Part shown: piece after piece, positions 9,765 through 18,313 of the stretch
Layout: the number at the start of each line of letters is the position of its first letter
How positions within the stretch are numbered: position 1 is the stretch's first letter
Sequence record: NC_100371.1
Direction: 5' to 3' (one strand)
Length of the DNA: 64,000 nucleotides
Origin: a phage
Made by a program: the position numbers and the translations under genes
Notes under the pieces: model-generated
What the model was told of the DNA's origin: nothing
The model's database searches: none
Seen by the model: only the letters and a program-made list of their open reading frames with translations

Positions 9765-9815
9765 TTTGCTGTCTCCTAATGCAAAAAGCCCCACCCTTTC
9801 GGGCAGGGCCTAGTG

Positions 9816-10298
9816 TTAAACCCGGATACCTATTGTATACTCGGTGGATACCAATGTCAAATCTAAATTTAAAATTTCTTGCATCTCATAGTATGCGTCT
9901 AGGGTGAGATACATTTCACCATCCTTTTCTACATACTTGTCAAGGTGTTTGAGGCATTTTGGATAGCTATCAAGGGCAGCCTTTAGGCACTCAAACTCCG
10001 TGCTGTTGATGAATCCTTCCATCTTGGCTACCCGTTCCGGAGTAACGATAGCACTGTAGTGAGATTTAGCTTCCTGAATGCAATGGGTCCAAGCATCAAC
10101 TTTCTCTTCGAAAAGTCCGAAGAACTTCTTCTTGGTGAGCTTCAGATTCTTTAAGTGCTTAAGAACTCGGTTGCCGATTACAGACACATCACGAAACTTA
10201 AGGATCACTTTGTCAATATCCTCGCGGCCTATTTTCACAAAGCAGGCCTCACACATTTCAGGAGAGGCATAGCCTACTTTCCACATAAAATCTGACAT
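9816..10298 (-). CDS. hypothetical protein (160 aa)
   Basis: Co-oriented ORF; no recognisable motif. Confidence 0.45.
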   Translation of the reverse strand: MSDFMWKVGYASPEMCEACFVKIGREDIDKVILKFRDVSVIGNRVLKHLKNLKLTKKKFFGLFEEKVDAWTHCIQEAKSHYSAIVTPERVAKMEGFINSTEFECLKAALDSYPKCLKHLDKYVEKDGEMYLTLDAYYEMQEILNLDLTLVSTEYTIGIRV

Positions 10299-10310
10299 AA
10301 CACTCTCTCC

Positions 10311-10706
10311 TTATTCCTGAAAAGCAACAATATCATATGCACTTGCAGATGATCCTGGTGAAGAGTGACTCCAGTCTAGGTCATCAGAGTAGTCAGCATA
10401 CTGTGCACCGCTACGTAGTTTGTATTTTACCCACTTACCTGGTGCAGGGTTCTCACCACCTTCCCATGCTTCCCAGCCTTCTGGCAGGCCATCTTGAGAG
10501 TAGTAGTCCACCTCACTAATAATCTTAGGGTTTGGCACCAAGATTCCGGCTGGTTCTTCCTTCTTAGCAAGTGTCCACACAATGTATGTGTCTGAACAGG
10601 AGCATGTCAGTAAAGTATACCCACTGTTCAGAACTTCTGAAAGCTCTTTTTCAGCATCTTCTAATTTGGTTAGGTGGTATTGGATAATCTTCACATCTGT
10701 AATCAT
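10311..10706 (-). CDS. hypothetical protein (131 aa)
   Basis: Co-oriented ORF; 1-nt overlap with the upstream gene. Confidence 0.45.
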   Translation of the reverse strand: MITDVKIIQYHLTKLEDAEKELSEVLNSGYTLLTCSCSDTYIVWTLAKKEEPAGILVPNPKIISEVDYYSQDGLPEGWEAWEGGENPAPGKWVKYKLRSGAQYADYSDDLDWSHSSPGSSASAYDIVAFQE

Positions 10707-11008
10707 TAGAAGCCTCCCACTTCTTCAGCAAATGCTGCCGCTGTCGTCGCTGCATCCAGATAGGACTCTAGTTCACGTGCTGCACGTTTGTAAATCGAGT
10801 GGCGCAGATCGTTTGGTAACTGGTGAAAATCCACCTCTTCTCCGTTGTGGTAAACATGCACATCAGTAATCTGTCTAAATCCATAATAATCAACATCAGA
10901 ATCACGGCACTCCGGATCTGGCAACTGGACAACTGCCTGAGCTTCTACAGTGAGCATATCGTCAAGTTCGAAATCGATTTCAAAAGTGTATGGTTTATAA
11001 CGCTTCAT
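10706..11008 (-). CDS. hypothetical protein (100 aa)
   Basis: Co-oriented ORF. Confidence 0.45.
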   Translation of the reverse strand: MKRYKPYTFEIDFELDDMLTVEAQAVVQLPDPECRDSDVDYYGFRQITDVHVYHNGEEVDFHQLPNDLRHSIYKRAARELESYLDAATTAAAFAEEVGGF

Positions 11009-11067
11009 CGTTTGGTGTTCTCCTTATCTTGTGTGAAGAGTAGACCTACCCTTCGATATTTTAAATA

Positions 11068-12411
11068 TTACTCTAAATCTTCTTCTGAGTCAAGCTTATC
11101 TTTCATAACTAAGTTCGGGGCAAGTTTGTAATAGCGAAAGCCCCCGCCACCTTGCCAGTTTACAGATTTAGAAATACCACTTTGATCTTCGCCATCGATC
11201 ACTTTTTGCAAGCGCGGGATGATATGGGTATGACAATGATCACCTAACTCGACAGAGATCCAACGTCTTTTCATCTTGTGAGCTACAGCAGCAGTAGTTC
11301 CTGAACCGCCGAATGAATCCAAGACTAAATCTCCTTCTCGCGTACACATTTCGAAAATTCGCTTCAAAAGCGCTTCGGGCTTTTTTCCATTTTTGAAACT
11401 AACGCCGCCTTCATTTGCTATTCCATTCCAACTAATGTCGGTCCAAACATCAGTTATTAGTTCAGCAGGCTGCATCTCACCGTCAATTTCCAAAAGCCTA
11501 TTGGAATAAAAGACCATTTGCCTACCATTTGCGATATAAAAGCCTTCGACATCCTCATTTGGATGTACATAAACCTTATCCCTATCTTTCTTTGACTTCT
11601 CGATAGTTTCTTTTCTCTTTATTTTGGCACCACCACCAATTGCAACGGATTGAAATACACGTTCTGCATTATCAATTGCAAATTGTGCTAATTCATCATC
11701 AAATGTATCAGGAAGTTTTTTCTTGGCTTCTTTTGCATCCTTATATCCATTGGCCTTTGCAAACGCATCGGCAATACCGCACCACGTCCAACTTTTATAA
11801 TGGTCATCTGGGTTTAATAGATATTTGTTATATCCCGTATCATACTCTTTAGGTATATAGATTTTGTTAAGTGGTTTCTTGGTACGATCTTTTGCATATA
11901 CAAGCAAAAAGTTTGCTGTGGAGAAAACTGTAGTTCCTGTTGCCTTAAAGCCTGAAGGGCAATTTGTAGTCATCGATATGGTATTTAACTGATTTGCACG
12001 ACCAAAAATCTCGTCCATCAAGACTTTTAAATAAGCCATTTCGCAGTCATCTAAGTGAACGAATATCACTCCATCATCGCTTAGCAGATTACGAATTATT
12101 TCTAATCTGTCCCGCATTAAGCCCAGCCAAAGGGAGTGCTCCAGGCTATCATCGTAGTGCTCAAAATCCCTTCCGGTATTGAATGGCGGGTCTATGTAAA
12201 CACACTTCACTTTGCCTGCATACTCTTGCTCTAGTGCCTTCAATGCCAGTAAGTTATCTCCAAAAATCAGTTTATTATCAAAAATATCGTTTTCGGTCAC
12301 CTTTTTACTGGCGTGATAAGACTTGCTCGAATCTTCTAACAAAATGTGAGGCTCTAGCTTTTTGCGCTCGTTCTTACCTATCCAGGTAAGTTCTAATTTG
12401 GTTTTACTCAT
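11068..12411 (-). CDS. DNA methyltransferase, beta-class N6-adenine/N4-cytosine (N6_N4_Mtase-like)
   Basis: 447 aa. Catalytic motif IV VYIDPPFNTG precedes SAM-binding motif I DSFGGSGTTAAVA (circular permutation typical of beta-class amino-MTases). AAGGAGAG RBS upstream. Confidence 0.85.
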   Translation of the reverse strand: MSKTKLELTWIGKNERKKLEPHILLEDSSKSYHASKKVTENDIFDNKLIFGDNLLALKALEQEYAGKVKCVYIDPPFNTGRDFEHYDDSLEHSLWLGLMRDRLEIIRNLLSDDGVIFVHLDDCEMAYLKVLMDEIFGRANQLNTISMTTNCPSGFKATGTTVFSTANFLLVYAKDRTKKPLNKIYIPKEYDTGYNKYLLNPDDHYKSWTWCGIADAFAKANGYKDAKEAKKKLPDTFDDELAQFAIDNAERVFQSVAIGGGAKIKRKETIEKSKKDRDKVYVHPNEDVEGFYIANGRQMVFYSNRLLEIDGEMQPAELITDVWTDISWNGIANEGGVSFKNGKKPEALLKRIFEMCTREGDLVLDSFGGSGTTAAVAHKMKRRWISVELGDHCHTHIIPRLQKVIDGEDQSGISKSVNWQGGGGFRYYKLAPNLVMKDKLDSEEDLE

Positions 12412-12437
12412 CGTTTGGTGCTCTCCTTAGTTTTTGT

Positions 12438-12455
12438 GGGGAGGAGTGCCTCCCC
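12438..12455. other. perfect 7-bp intergenic stem-loop upstream of the methyltransferase RBS
   Basis: GGGGAGG-AGTG-CCTCCCC; on the minus-strand transcript it is followed by A-rich sequence and the RBS, so not a canonical terminator in that direction. Confidence 0.4.
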
Positions 12456-12472
12456 TTTATACTCACATCTTA

Positions 12473-12814
12473 CTACTCAAGGTCTTCAGAGTCAAGCTCA
12501 AAAAGAATCAAACTGTGCATGCCTGCAGAGAGATCAACACACCCTGCAACAATAAGGGTTTGATAGTAAGGTTCAGCACCCTCAATATCTTCGTTAAAAT
12601 CCACAACAAGGTAGTCACCTTTGTTAAAGGTGTATTTGTCCGATGTAAACGCAAAACCTGCCCAGTCCCCTACTGCAGGATCTTTATCAGTCACCTTTGT
12701 TAGCAGTAGATCTTTTTCACGAGATCTTTTAGTAAAATCGTGAATCACAACATCCTTCTCTTCAGGAGTCGGATTGCCACACACGTAGTTAACGATATTT
12801 CTCCACAAACTCAT
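12473..12814 (-). CDS. hypothetical protein (113 aa)
   Basis: Co-oriented ORF; ATGA overlap with the upstream gene. Confidence 0.45.
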   Translation of the reverse strand: MSLWRNIVNYVCGNPTPEEKDVVIHDFTKRSREKDLLLTKVTDKDPAVGDWAGFAFTSDKYTFNKGDYLVVDFNEDIEGAEPYYQTLIVAGCVDLSAGMHSLILFELDSEDLE

Positions 12815-13458
12815 ACGTCCCCCTTTTCTGCTCTAGTTTCAAAATCTTTCCTGACTTTCTCGTCTAAACCAGGGAAAGTTGTATTATAAAACTCTACGAC
12901 TCTCGGGTCAACAATAATATCCACCTCTCTTAATGGACGCAACAAGTTTATTCCTTGTATCGTCTTAACCCGACTCAAGGCAACATACGTCATTCCGGGA
13001 GAGAAAGCTCCGTTCTTTCCGAGGTCTAGGTTGTAACAATCTAACGTAAGTCCTTGACTTTTATGCGATGTTACTGCGTACCCAGATTTCAAAGGAAGTT
13101 GCTCATAAGACCCGATCACAACCCTCTCTATGAACTTCTCCATCTTCCTTTCGGCAATATTGTACCTCTGGGAAGGTTTGTACTCGTTATTCTCCCACAA
13201 TCTCGGCTCAATTTCAACCTGTGTCCCGTCTTCCAGCTCAACCACCACAGACTTGGTCTTGAATTTTACCACTGTGGCTCGTGTCCCGTTGACATAGTAC
13301 GGAACTTTGTGTGTCGGGTCAACATCGTTTGAGGTTATCATAACCTTCATCCCTATCTTCAGCCTCATTTCCTGCTCCACAGGTAGTGTGGAAGGGAACT
13401 TACCTTTCATTTTACCAATGTAGGTCTTCTCTGGGGCCTTGATGGCATCATAGAAACG
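12811..13458 (-). pseudogene. Pif1/RecD/Dda-like SF1B helicase, C-terminal part (frame-shifted relative to the N-terminal part)
   Basis: Contains helicase motifs V/VI (VTSHKSQGLTLD, TYVALSRVKT). This frame is open upstream to 13458 and overlaps the end of the N-terminal ORF in a different frame. Confidence 0.7.
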
Positions 13459-14179
13459 TCATCACCTCCTCTGCTTGCTTATTGGTGGCACAGATGGTCA
13501 AGGCATCTGTTGGGACACCACCATGATAGCAACGAGTGTTAAGCTCTGCTACAACCTCTTTTATGCGACGACCTTCACGAACACAGTTCAACATTGTGGC
13601 GAAGCGAACAGATTCCTGACGGAACTGGTCTACTAATGCTATGTTGTGAAGATTAAGATCCTCCCAAGATTCTGTATAGCAACACAGATCTGTGTGGTAG
13701 AAGTTGAAGTAGGCTTCTTTCTCCATAGAAGAGACAACTGGAGGTGCTTGGTAGAAATCTCCAAACAATAACACCTGAATGCCTCCGAAAGGTTTGTCAT
13801 TTTTCCGAAGAAAGCGGAGTTTTCTATCCATCTCTATGAACTTGTCAGCACGGATCATAGAGATTTCATCGATAATCAGGATGGTAAATGCCTTGCTTTT
13901 CAGAGGCTTTGCTGTTTTTGCCCTTATTGCTGTCCAGTCTGACTCCATGCTCACACCTGCGGCAAGATCGAAAGTTCGGTGCGCTGTTGCTCCATTAACG
14001 TTTAAAGCGGCTACCCCTGTCGGGGCAACCGTTATGCAAGAGTCTCCATACATGGACTGGATCATGTTGATAAGATATGTCTTCCCGGTTCCACCAGGTC
14101 CACTTACGAAGACATTCTCACCGCTCATGATTGCAACAAGGGCAGCATCTGTGCCTACATCGTACTGCCCTTTTTCCAT
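13448..14179 (-). pseudogene. Pif1/RecD/Dda-like SF1B helicase, N-terminal part
   Basis: Walker A GPGGTGKT, motif II LIIDEISM, motif III LLFGDFYQAPPV; ends ...ATNKQAEEVMTFL and continues in another frame as the C-terminal part. Confidence 0.7.
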
Positions 14180-15420
14180 TACGCCTCCTCGTAGATAATG
14201 TCGATAGTATTACCGTCGCGGTCAACCACGTACTCAATTGGGTCGCCATCTTTGCGCGATTCTGGAGCTACTACGATTTCGTAGCGGCATGCACGGCACT
14301 TGGCGCTGTTGTGTTGGTAAGGTACACTAACTACATCAGCAGGGTCAACCATAACCGTCATCACAGTTCCGTAGCTCTTTGCATACTCTTTGCTGGCACA
14401 GTGCAGGCCATAAGAGCATGCAGCTTCCGGATCATCCTCTACAAAGTTACGAGGCATGGATACAAAAGCCCCCTGGTATTGTGGGACTTTACCACTGTGC
14501 CAATCCACCCACTTGTCGCCGTTAAACTGAACCCCTTTGTAGCAAATGATTCGACCATCTTCTGCAATCTGAATGTCGTTTGCCTGCATAAAATCGTAGA
14601 GCATGTTTACAGATTTTGCAGAAGGATTGCGTAGCAGGCGAACGAGGAATTTCACATAGCGGTCATCCAGTGTTCCGTCTGCATAATCTTTCTCAATTTT
14701 CTTTGCAATGGTGGATCGCATCTCTACACCGTAGTAGTAGAGCTTACCATCTTTCATGATCAGGTTGTCTGCAAGTGTGGTGAACTCATTCTTGCGTTCC
14801 AGCCAGACAAGGATTTCACCAATTGCCTCGTCATATTCCTGAACAGAGATATGGTCGAAGACTTTCTGGTAAACTTCCTCACTTTCACTGCGGCGAATTT
14901 CAAAAATACCTTCGTTGCAGGTGATCTGGAGGAGTTCCCCGCAAATAACCACCAAAGGCTCGATGCTTCGGGTCTGTTGCTGAGACACACTGCTCACCAC
15001 CTCCAGCACCGGGTCTTTGACTTCTACTAAAGGTTCTTCTGACTTGATTGCTACCCCAGTGAACCCTACACCGTGAACAACACACAGCGGATATACCACG
15101 CCCCAACGTTTAACGGAACCTTCGCCTAAGTCTAAGATCATGGCGTACTTACCGTTATCTTCCAGCCCATATCGAAATAAACGGGCCTCTTCACGGGTTT
15201 CAAAATCCTCACGGGTGTAGCAGACGCTGTCACGGTCAGGATCGAACAACTCTGGGGCACCTACTGCCAGTGTCCAGGTTGTGTTACCTTTCTCAATAGC
15301 GCATGTGAAACCCTTCTTCTCAAGCTCTGCACGGCGGTCACGTGCTTCTTTACGAGTTTTGAAATGTTCGTAGATGAAAATCATCTTGGTCTCCTTATTT
15401 GATGTTATTCTTTGTATCAA
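14179..15420 (-). CDS. hypothetical protein with two N-terminal ~45-aa repeats
   Basis: 413 aa; repeated F-x-TR-x-EAR-x(4)-LE-x(2)-G motif (IFIYEHFKTRKEARDRRAELEKKG / YTREDFETREEARLFRYGLEDNG). Overlaps the GHKL gene by 26 nt. Confidence 0.5.
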   Translation of the reverse strand: MIQRITSNKETKMIFIYEHFKTRKEARDRRAELEKKGFTCAIEKGNTTWTLAVGAPELFDPDRDSVCYTREDFETREEARLFRYGLEDNGKYAMILDLGEGSVKRWGVVYPLCVVHGVGFTGVAIKSEEPLVEVKDPVLEVVSSVSQQQTRSIEPLVVICGELLQITCNEGIFEIRRSESEEVYQKVFDHISVQEYDEAIGEILVWLERKNEFTTLADNLIMKDGKLYYYGVEMRSTIAKKIEKDYADGTLDDRYVKFLVRLLRNPSAKSVNMLYDFMQANDIQIAEDGRIICYKGVQFNGDKWVDWHSGKVPQYQGAFVSMPRNFVEDDPEAACSYGLHCASKEYAKSYGTVMTVMVDPADVVSVPYQHNSAKCRACRYEIVVAPESRKDGDPIEYVVDRDGNTIDIIYEEA

Positions 15421-17377
15421 TCAGTTCACGGTATTCAATCATAGCAGGAGTGTCCCAATATTTCAAGCCTACATGCTTCAAAAGTGGATATTTCTTTTCC
15501 AATCTTGCAATATAGGCCTTCCCGCACTTAACCCGGTTGGCGATTAAGATTTTGGCACGATGATTTAGCTCACCGTACTTCCACGTGGTGCTACCTTCCC
15601 ACTTGTGGAAATGTGGCCGATAACTTCCAAAATCCTGCATGGGGATAATTTTACCTAACTGTCTGTACAGGTTGTCATATGAAGTTTCATTTGCTGCGCG
15701 AGTTAGTAAGAATTTCCAAGCATCCTCTTTCAACAAATGTTCCACATTCTTCTCTGTAACATATTGGCAATCAGGATCAGTCCAAAGCAGACGAGATTCC
15801 GACACCAGGTACAGATCTTCCCCTTCAGGAATCTGGAGTGCCGCACGCACACGGTCATAATCTTGCTGGTAGATGTTGCTCATCTGCCCTAGCCAACAAC
15901 TTCCGCGTTGGATATCCCCCTCATACGGTATGCAGTGCTTAATCTTCCTGAACTCTGCCTTAGTAATACGCTCACGCCGGAAGTAACCATCCTTCTCAAG
16001 TTTTTTAACCCAATAGCCTGGTTCGTAACGGGTTTTGGTTTCACCTTTCTTCGTAGGTCGGCGTGGAAGCTCCGATAACAATTTGACCGTATCTGCAAAA
16101 AACGGATGGTGTGCCGCCTCTTTAAACTCTTTCACCAGATCCGTGTTACGGCAATAGAAAACGTTGCGTCCGGTAATCTCGCTTAAGTAGTTACACTTAT
16201 TCCGGTTATATTTGCCGTCTCCGTCGTTAAATACTAAATAAACTCCCCGTAAGAATTCTACCTTTCCGTAGCAGGCGTAACCTATGCGGCCTTTATTTAA
16301 GCCGCCAGCGAAGATCTCGCAGTCCCCCAAATTTCCTAGCCCTGTTTCTTCCCAGCGGTCATACATAAAATTCTTACCGAAGATGTGCCCGAACACTCCA
16401 CTGTTCTTCATCATCTCGCGTGCTTCTGAGGATGTTTTTGCTGTCTCCAGTTCTGCAACAACTTCTGCTCCACGAAGGCGAATGCCTTCTTTGACAAAAG
16501 CTTCCAAACGCTCTTGGAATCCACCATCGTCGTGACCTTCTATGGTCCATTCACGCCCTGGGTTAATATTGCAATCTCCGATAGGGATCTCTACACAAAT
16601 TGCAGGATAATCTATTAGTGTCTCCAGGAACTTAGAACGGTAAGGTTGGTGACCCATTACCACACGACTCTCGTCAGAGCTGGTATAACCCTTCAGGATG
16701 GTCATCTTCCAACCATCTTTTTCATAATAATACTGCGCCTCTACTTTGTCTCCCTCCAGCATCTTGCTCGTCATCGGGTCGGTGACAGTGAACGGAAATT
16801 TTGCATAGCGCAGGCATGATGCAATAGCGGTGCGATATTTCAGAACATGCTCTTTCTTAACATGAAACTGAACTTTTACCCCGTTGTGCTCTTCAGTCTT
16901 CCGCTCACGGATCTTGGTGACATTTGGGATACCCTGGTCCAAGAACAATAGGTATGTGCTTTCCACACCGTTGTGCACACTGATTACATCGAAAGTGTCC
17001 ACCATGCTGAACGGGGCCTTTGAACCAACACCTTTATTGCCTACCAGAGCGTTGCTGTTGCGCTTGGTCGACTCACCGAGGTTCATGAAAGTGTTACGGA
17101 CCATCTCTTCTGACATGCCTAATCCAACGTCCTGCACAAAGAAGTATGGTTCAAGGTCTGTAGGAGAGTGAATGATGATCGGAACATCACCCCGTCCAGA
17201 CTCAACATGGGAGTCCACAGCATTGAAGATCGGTTCACGGCAGCTTGCCAGTACCTTATCTTCATAAATCCCTTTGATGATTAGCCCAAAAGTCTCTTTG
17301 TTCAGAGAAATTGATCCCCTGGTTACCTCCATATTCCCAGTTAGCACCGCTTTAGTTTCATTGCTGTTTACAATCAT
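15395..17377 (-). CDS. GHKL-superfamily ATPase (Hsp90/MORC-like ATP-binding domain) with ~450-aa C-terminal region of unknown function
   Basis: 660 aa. N-terminal Bergerat-fold motifs: REPIFNAVDS (N box), DVGLGMSEEM (G1), GNKGVGSKAPF (G2). Confidence 0.65.
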   Translation of the reverse strand: MIVNSNETKAVLTGNMEVTRGSISLNKETFGLIIKGIYEDKVLASCREPIFNAVDSHVESGRGDVPIIIHSPTDLEPYFFVQDVGLGMSEEMVRNTFMNLGESTKRNSNALVGNKGVGSKAPFSMVDTFDVISVHNGVESTYLLFLDQGIPNVTKIRERKTEEHNGVKVQFHVKKEHVLKYRTAIASCLRYAKFPFTVTDPMTSKMLEGDKVEAQYYYEKDGWKMTILKGYTSSDESRVVMGHQPYRSKFLETLIDYPAICVEIPIGDCNINPGREWTIEGHDDGGFQERLEAFVKEGIRLRGAEVVAELETAKTSSEAREMMKNSGVFGHIFGKNFMYDRWEETGLGNLGDCEIFAGGLNKGRIGYACYGKVEFLRGVYLVFNDGDGKYNRNKCNYLSEITGRNVFYCRNTDLVKEFKEAAHHPFFADTVKLLSELPRRPTKKGETKTRYEPGYWVKKLEKDGYFRRERITKAEFRKIKHCIPYEGDIQRGSCWLGQMSNIYQQDYDRVRAALQIPEGEDLYLVSESRLLWTDPDCQYVTEKNVEHLLKEDAWKFLLTRAANETSYDNLYRQLGKIIPMQDFGSYRPHFHKWEGSTTWKYGELNHRAKILIANRVKCGKAYIARLEKKYPLLKHVGLKYWDTPAMIEYRELIDTKNNIK

Positions 17378-17874
17378 TTATTGCGCTCCTTGTAGTAGAT
17401 ATGACTCCCGAATTGAGCTGTCCTCTGCATCTTTTTTGCCCATTTCGGTCGTACTTTTGTTGTATGGTAGTGTGTTGCTCCACCTGTTATATCCATAGCC
17501 ATGTATGCAACATGGTTGTTATTATAAACCTTTAGAAGCATCTTTGCAAGACTTTTAGCGTGATCCCATGAATCTTTTTCTGTCACCTTAAAAGTTTTGC
17601 CGTGGTTTGTCCACGAAAACTGGTTAGGTTGGTAGACAATCTTTCTTATAGTGTCTGGGTATTTGGGGTGAGATTTCCTGTTTAGTGTGGCAAATCCGGA
17701 TGCCAGCATCCCCATCGTGCCATCCCCTCTAGCCTCCCTGTAGATATTGCATGCTAGAATGTTTTCCTTAGTATCCGACGGCTTGCAAGTGTGATATACT
17801 TTTTGTTTTGGTGCTGCAACAACAGGCAGCGATAAAAATGCGCTCAAAATAATAGCAAAGATTTTAATTTTCAC
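17374..17874 (-). CDS. secreted SleB/CwlJ-family cell-wall hydrolase (candidate signal-peptide endolysin)
   Basis: 166 aa, GTG start with GGAG RBS. N-terminal signal-peptide-like MKIKIFAIILSAFLSLPVVAAP; SleB/CwlJ signature ACNIYREARGDG ... LNR ... QPNQFSW. Confidence 0.75.
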   Translation of the reverse strand: MKIKIFAIILSAFLSLPVVAAPKQKVYHTCKPSDTKENILACNIYREARGDGTMGMLASGFATLNRKSHPKYPDTIRKIVYQPNQFSWTNHGKTFKVTEKDSWDHAKSLAKMLLKVYNNNHVAYMAMDITGGATHYHTTKVRPKWAKKMQRTAQFGSHIYYKERNK

Positions 17875-17894
17875 AATAGCTCCAAATAGAAAAT

Positions 17895-17910
17895 CCCCGC
17901 CGAAGCGGGG
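17895..17910 (-). terminator. intrinsic terminator (UUCG-loop hairpin)
   Basis: Minus-strand RNA CCCCGC-UUCG-GCGGGG followed by AUUUUCUAUUU; same 16-mer as at 44316-44331. Confidence 0.55.
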
Positions 17911-17923
17911 TGTGTCTTAGAAA

Positions 17924-18304
17924 TTAATCGTAGTGTGCCAAAATCTCTCCATCGTTGCAAGTCCCCTCTACGAAGTTGTGAAGATTCATGCATTCATCTT
18001 GATAGAAGAATTTACCGCTTTTCAGCCGTAGACCAAACAACTCCGCATCTCCACGATGGCAAGCCTCTACAAGTTCATAGATTTCATACGGTAATTCCCC
18101 ATCGTCATGGAAGAACCCCGCTTTATCGTTGACATAGATGAAGAAATAGTCACTGCTGTCGCAAGCGTCCAGTATTTTAAACCAGATTTCATCCACATCT
18201 TTTTCTCGGATATCGATCACACAAGTGGAGCTGCATTCGTACTCCTTCTCCGGCTCCTCGGTCAATACCACTAGGTAGTTTCCCCGCTTACCTACTTTAG
18301 CCAT
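17924..18304 (-). CDS. hypothetical protein (126 aa)
   Basis: Co-oriented ORF followed by a terminator hairpin. Confidence 0.45.
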   Translation of the reverse strand: MAKVGKRGNYLVVLTEEPEKEYECSSTCVIDIREKDVDEIWFKILDACDSSDYFFIYVNDKAGFFHDDGELPYEIYELVEACHRGDAELFGLRLKSGKFFYQDECMNLHNFVEGTCNDGEILAHYD

Positions 18305-18313
18305 ACAACCTCC

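Noticed and set aside
9764-9794. GTG start at 9794 for the C5-MTase-like gene as given by the ORF track
   Set aside because: That codon lies inside the upstream terminator hairpin and has no RBS; the TTG at 9764 with a GGAGA RBS is more plausible.
13440-13465. Programmed +1 ribosomal frameshift in the helicase
   Set aside because: The overlap (ACG UUU CUA UGA) lacks a canonical prfB-like slippery context; a 1-nt indel (real or technical) is more likely, so it is reported as an interrupted gene.
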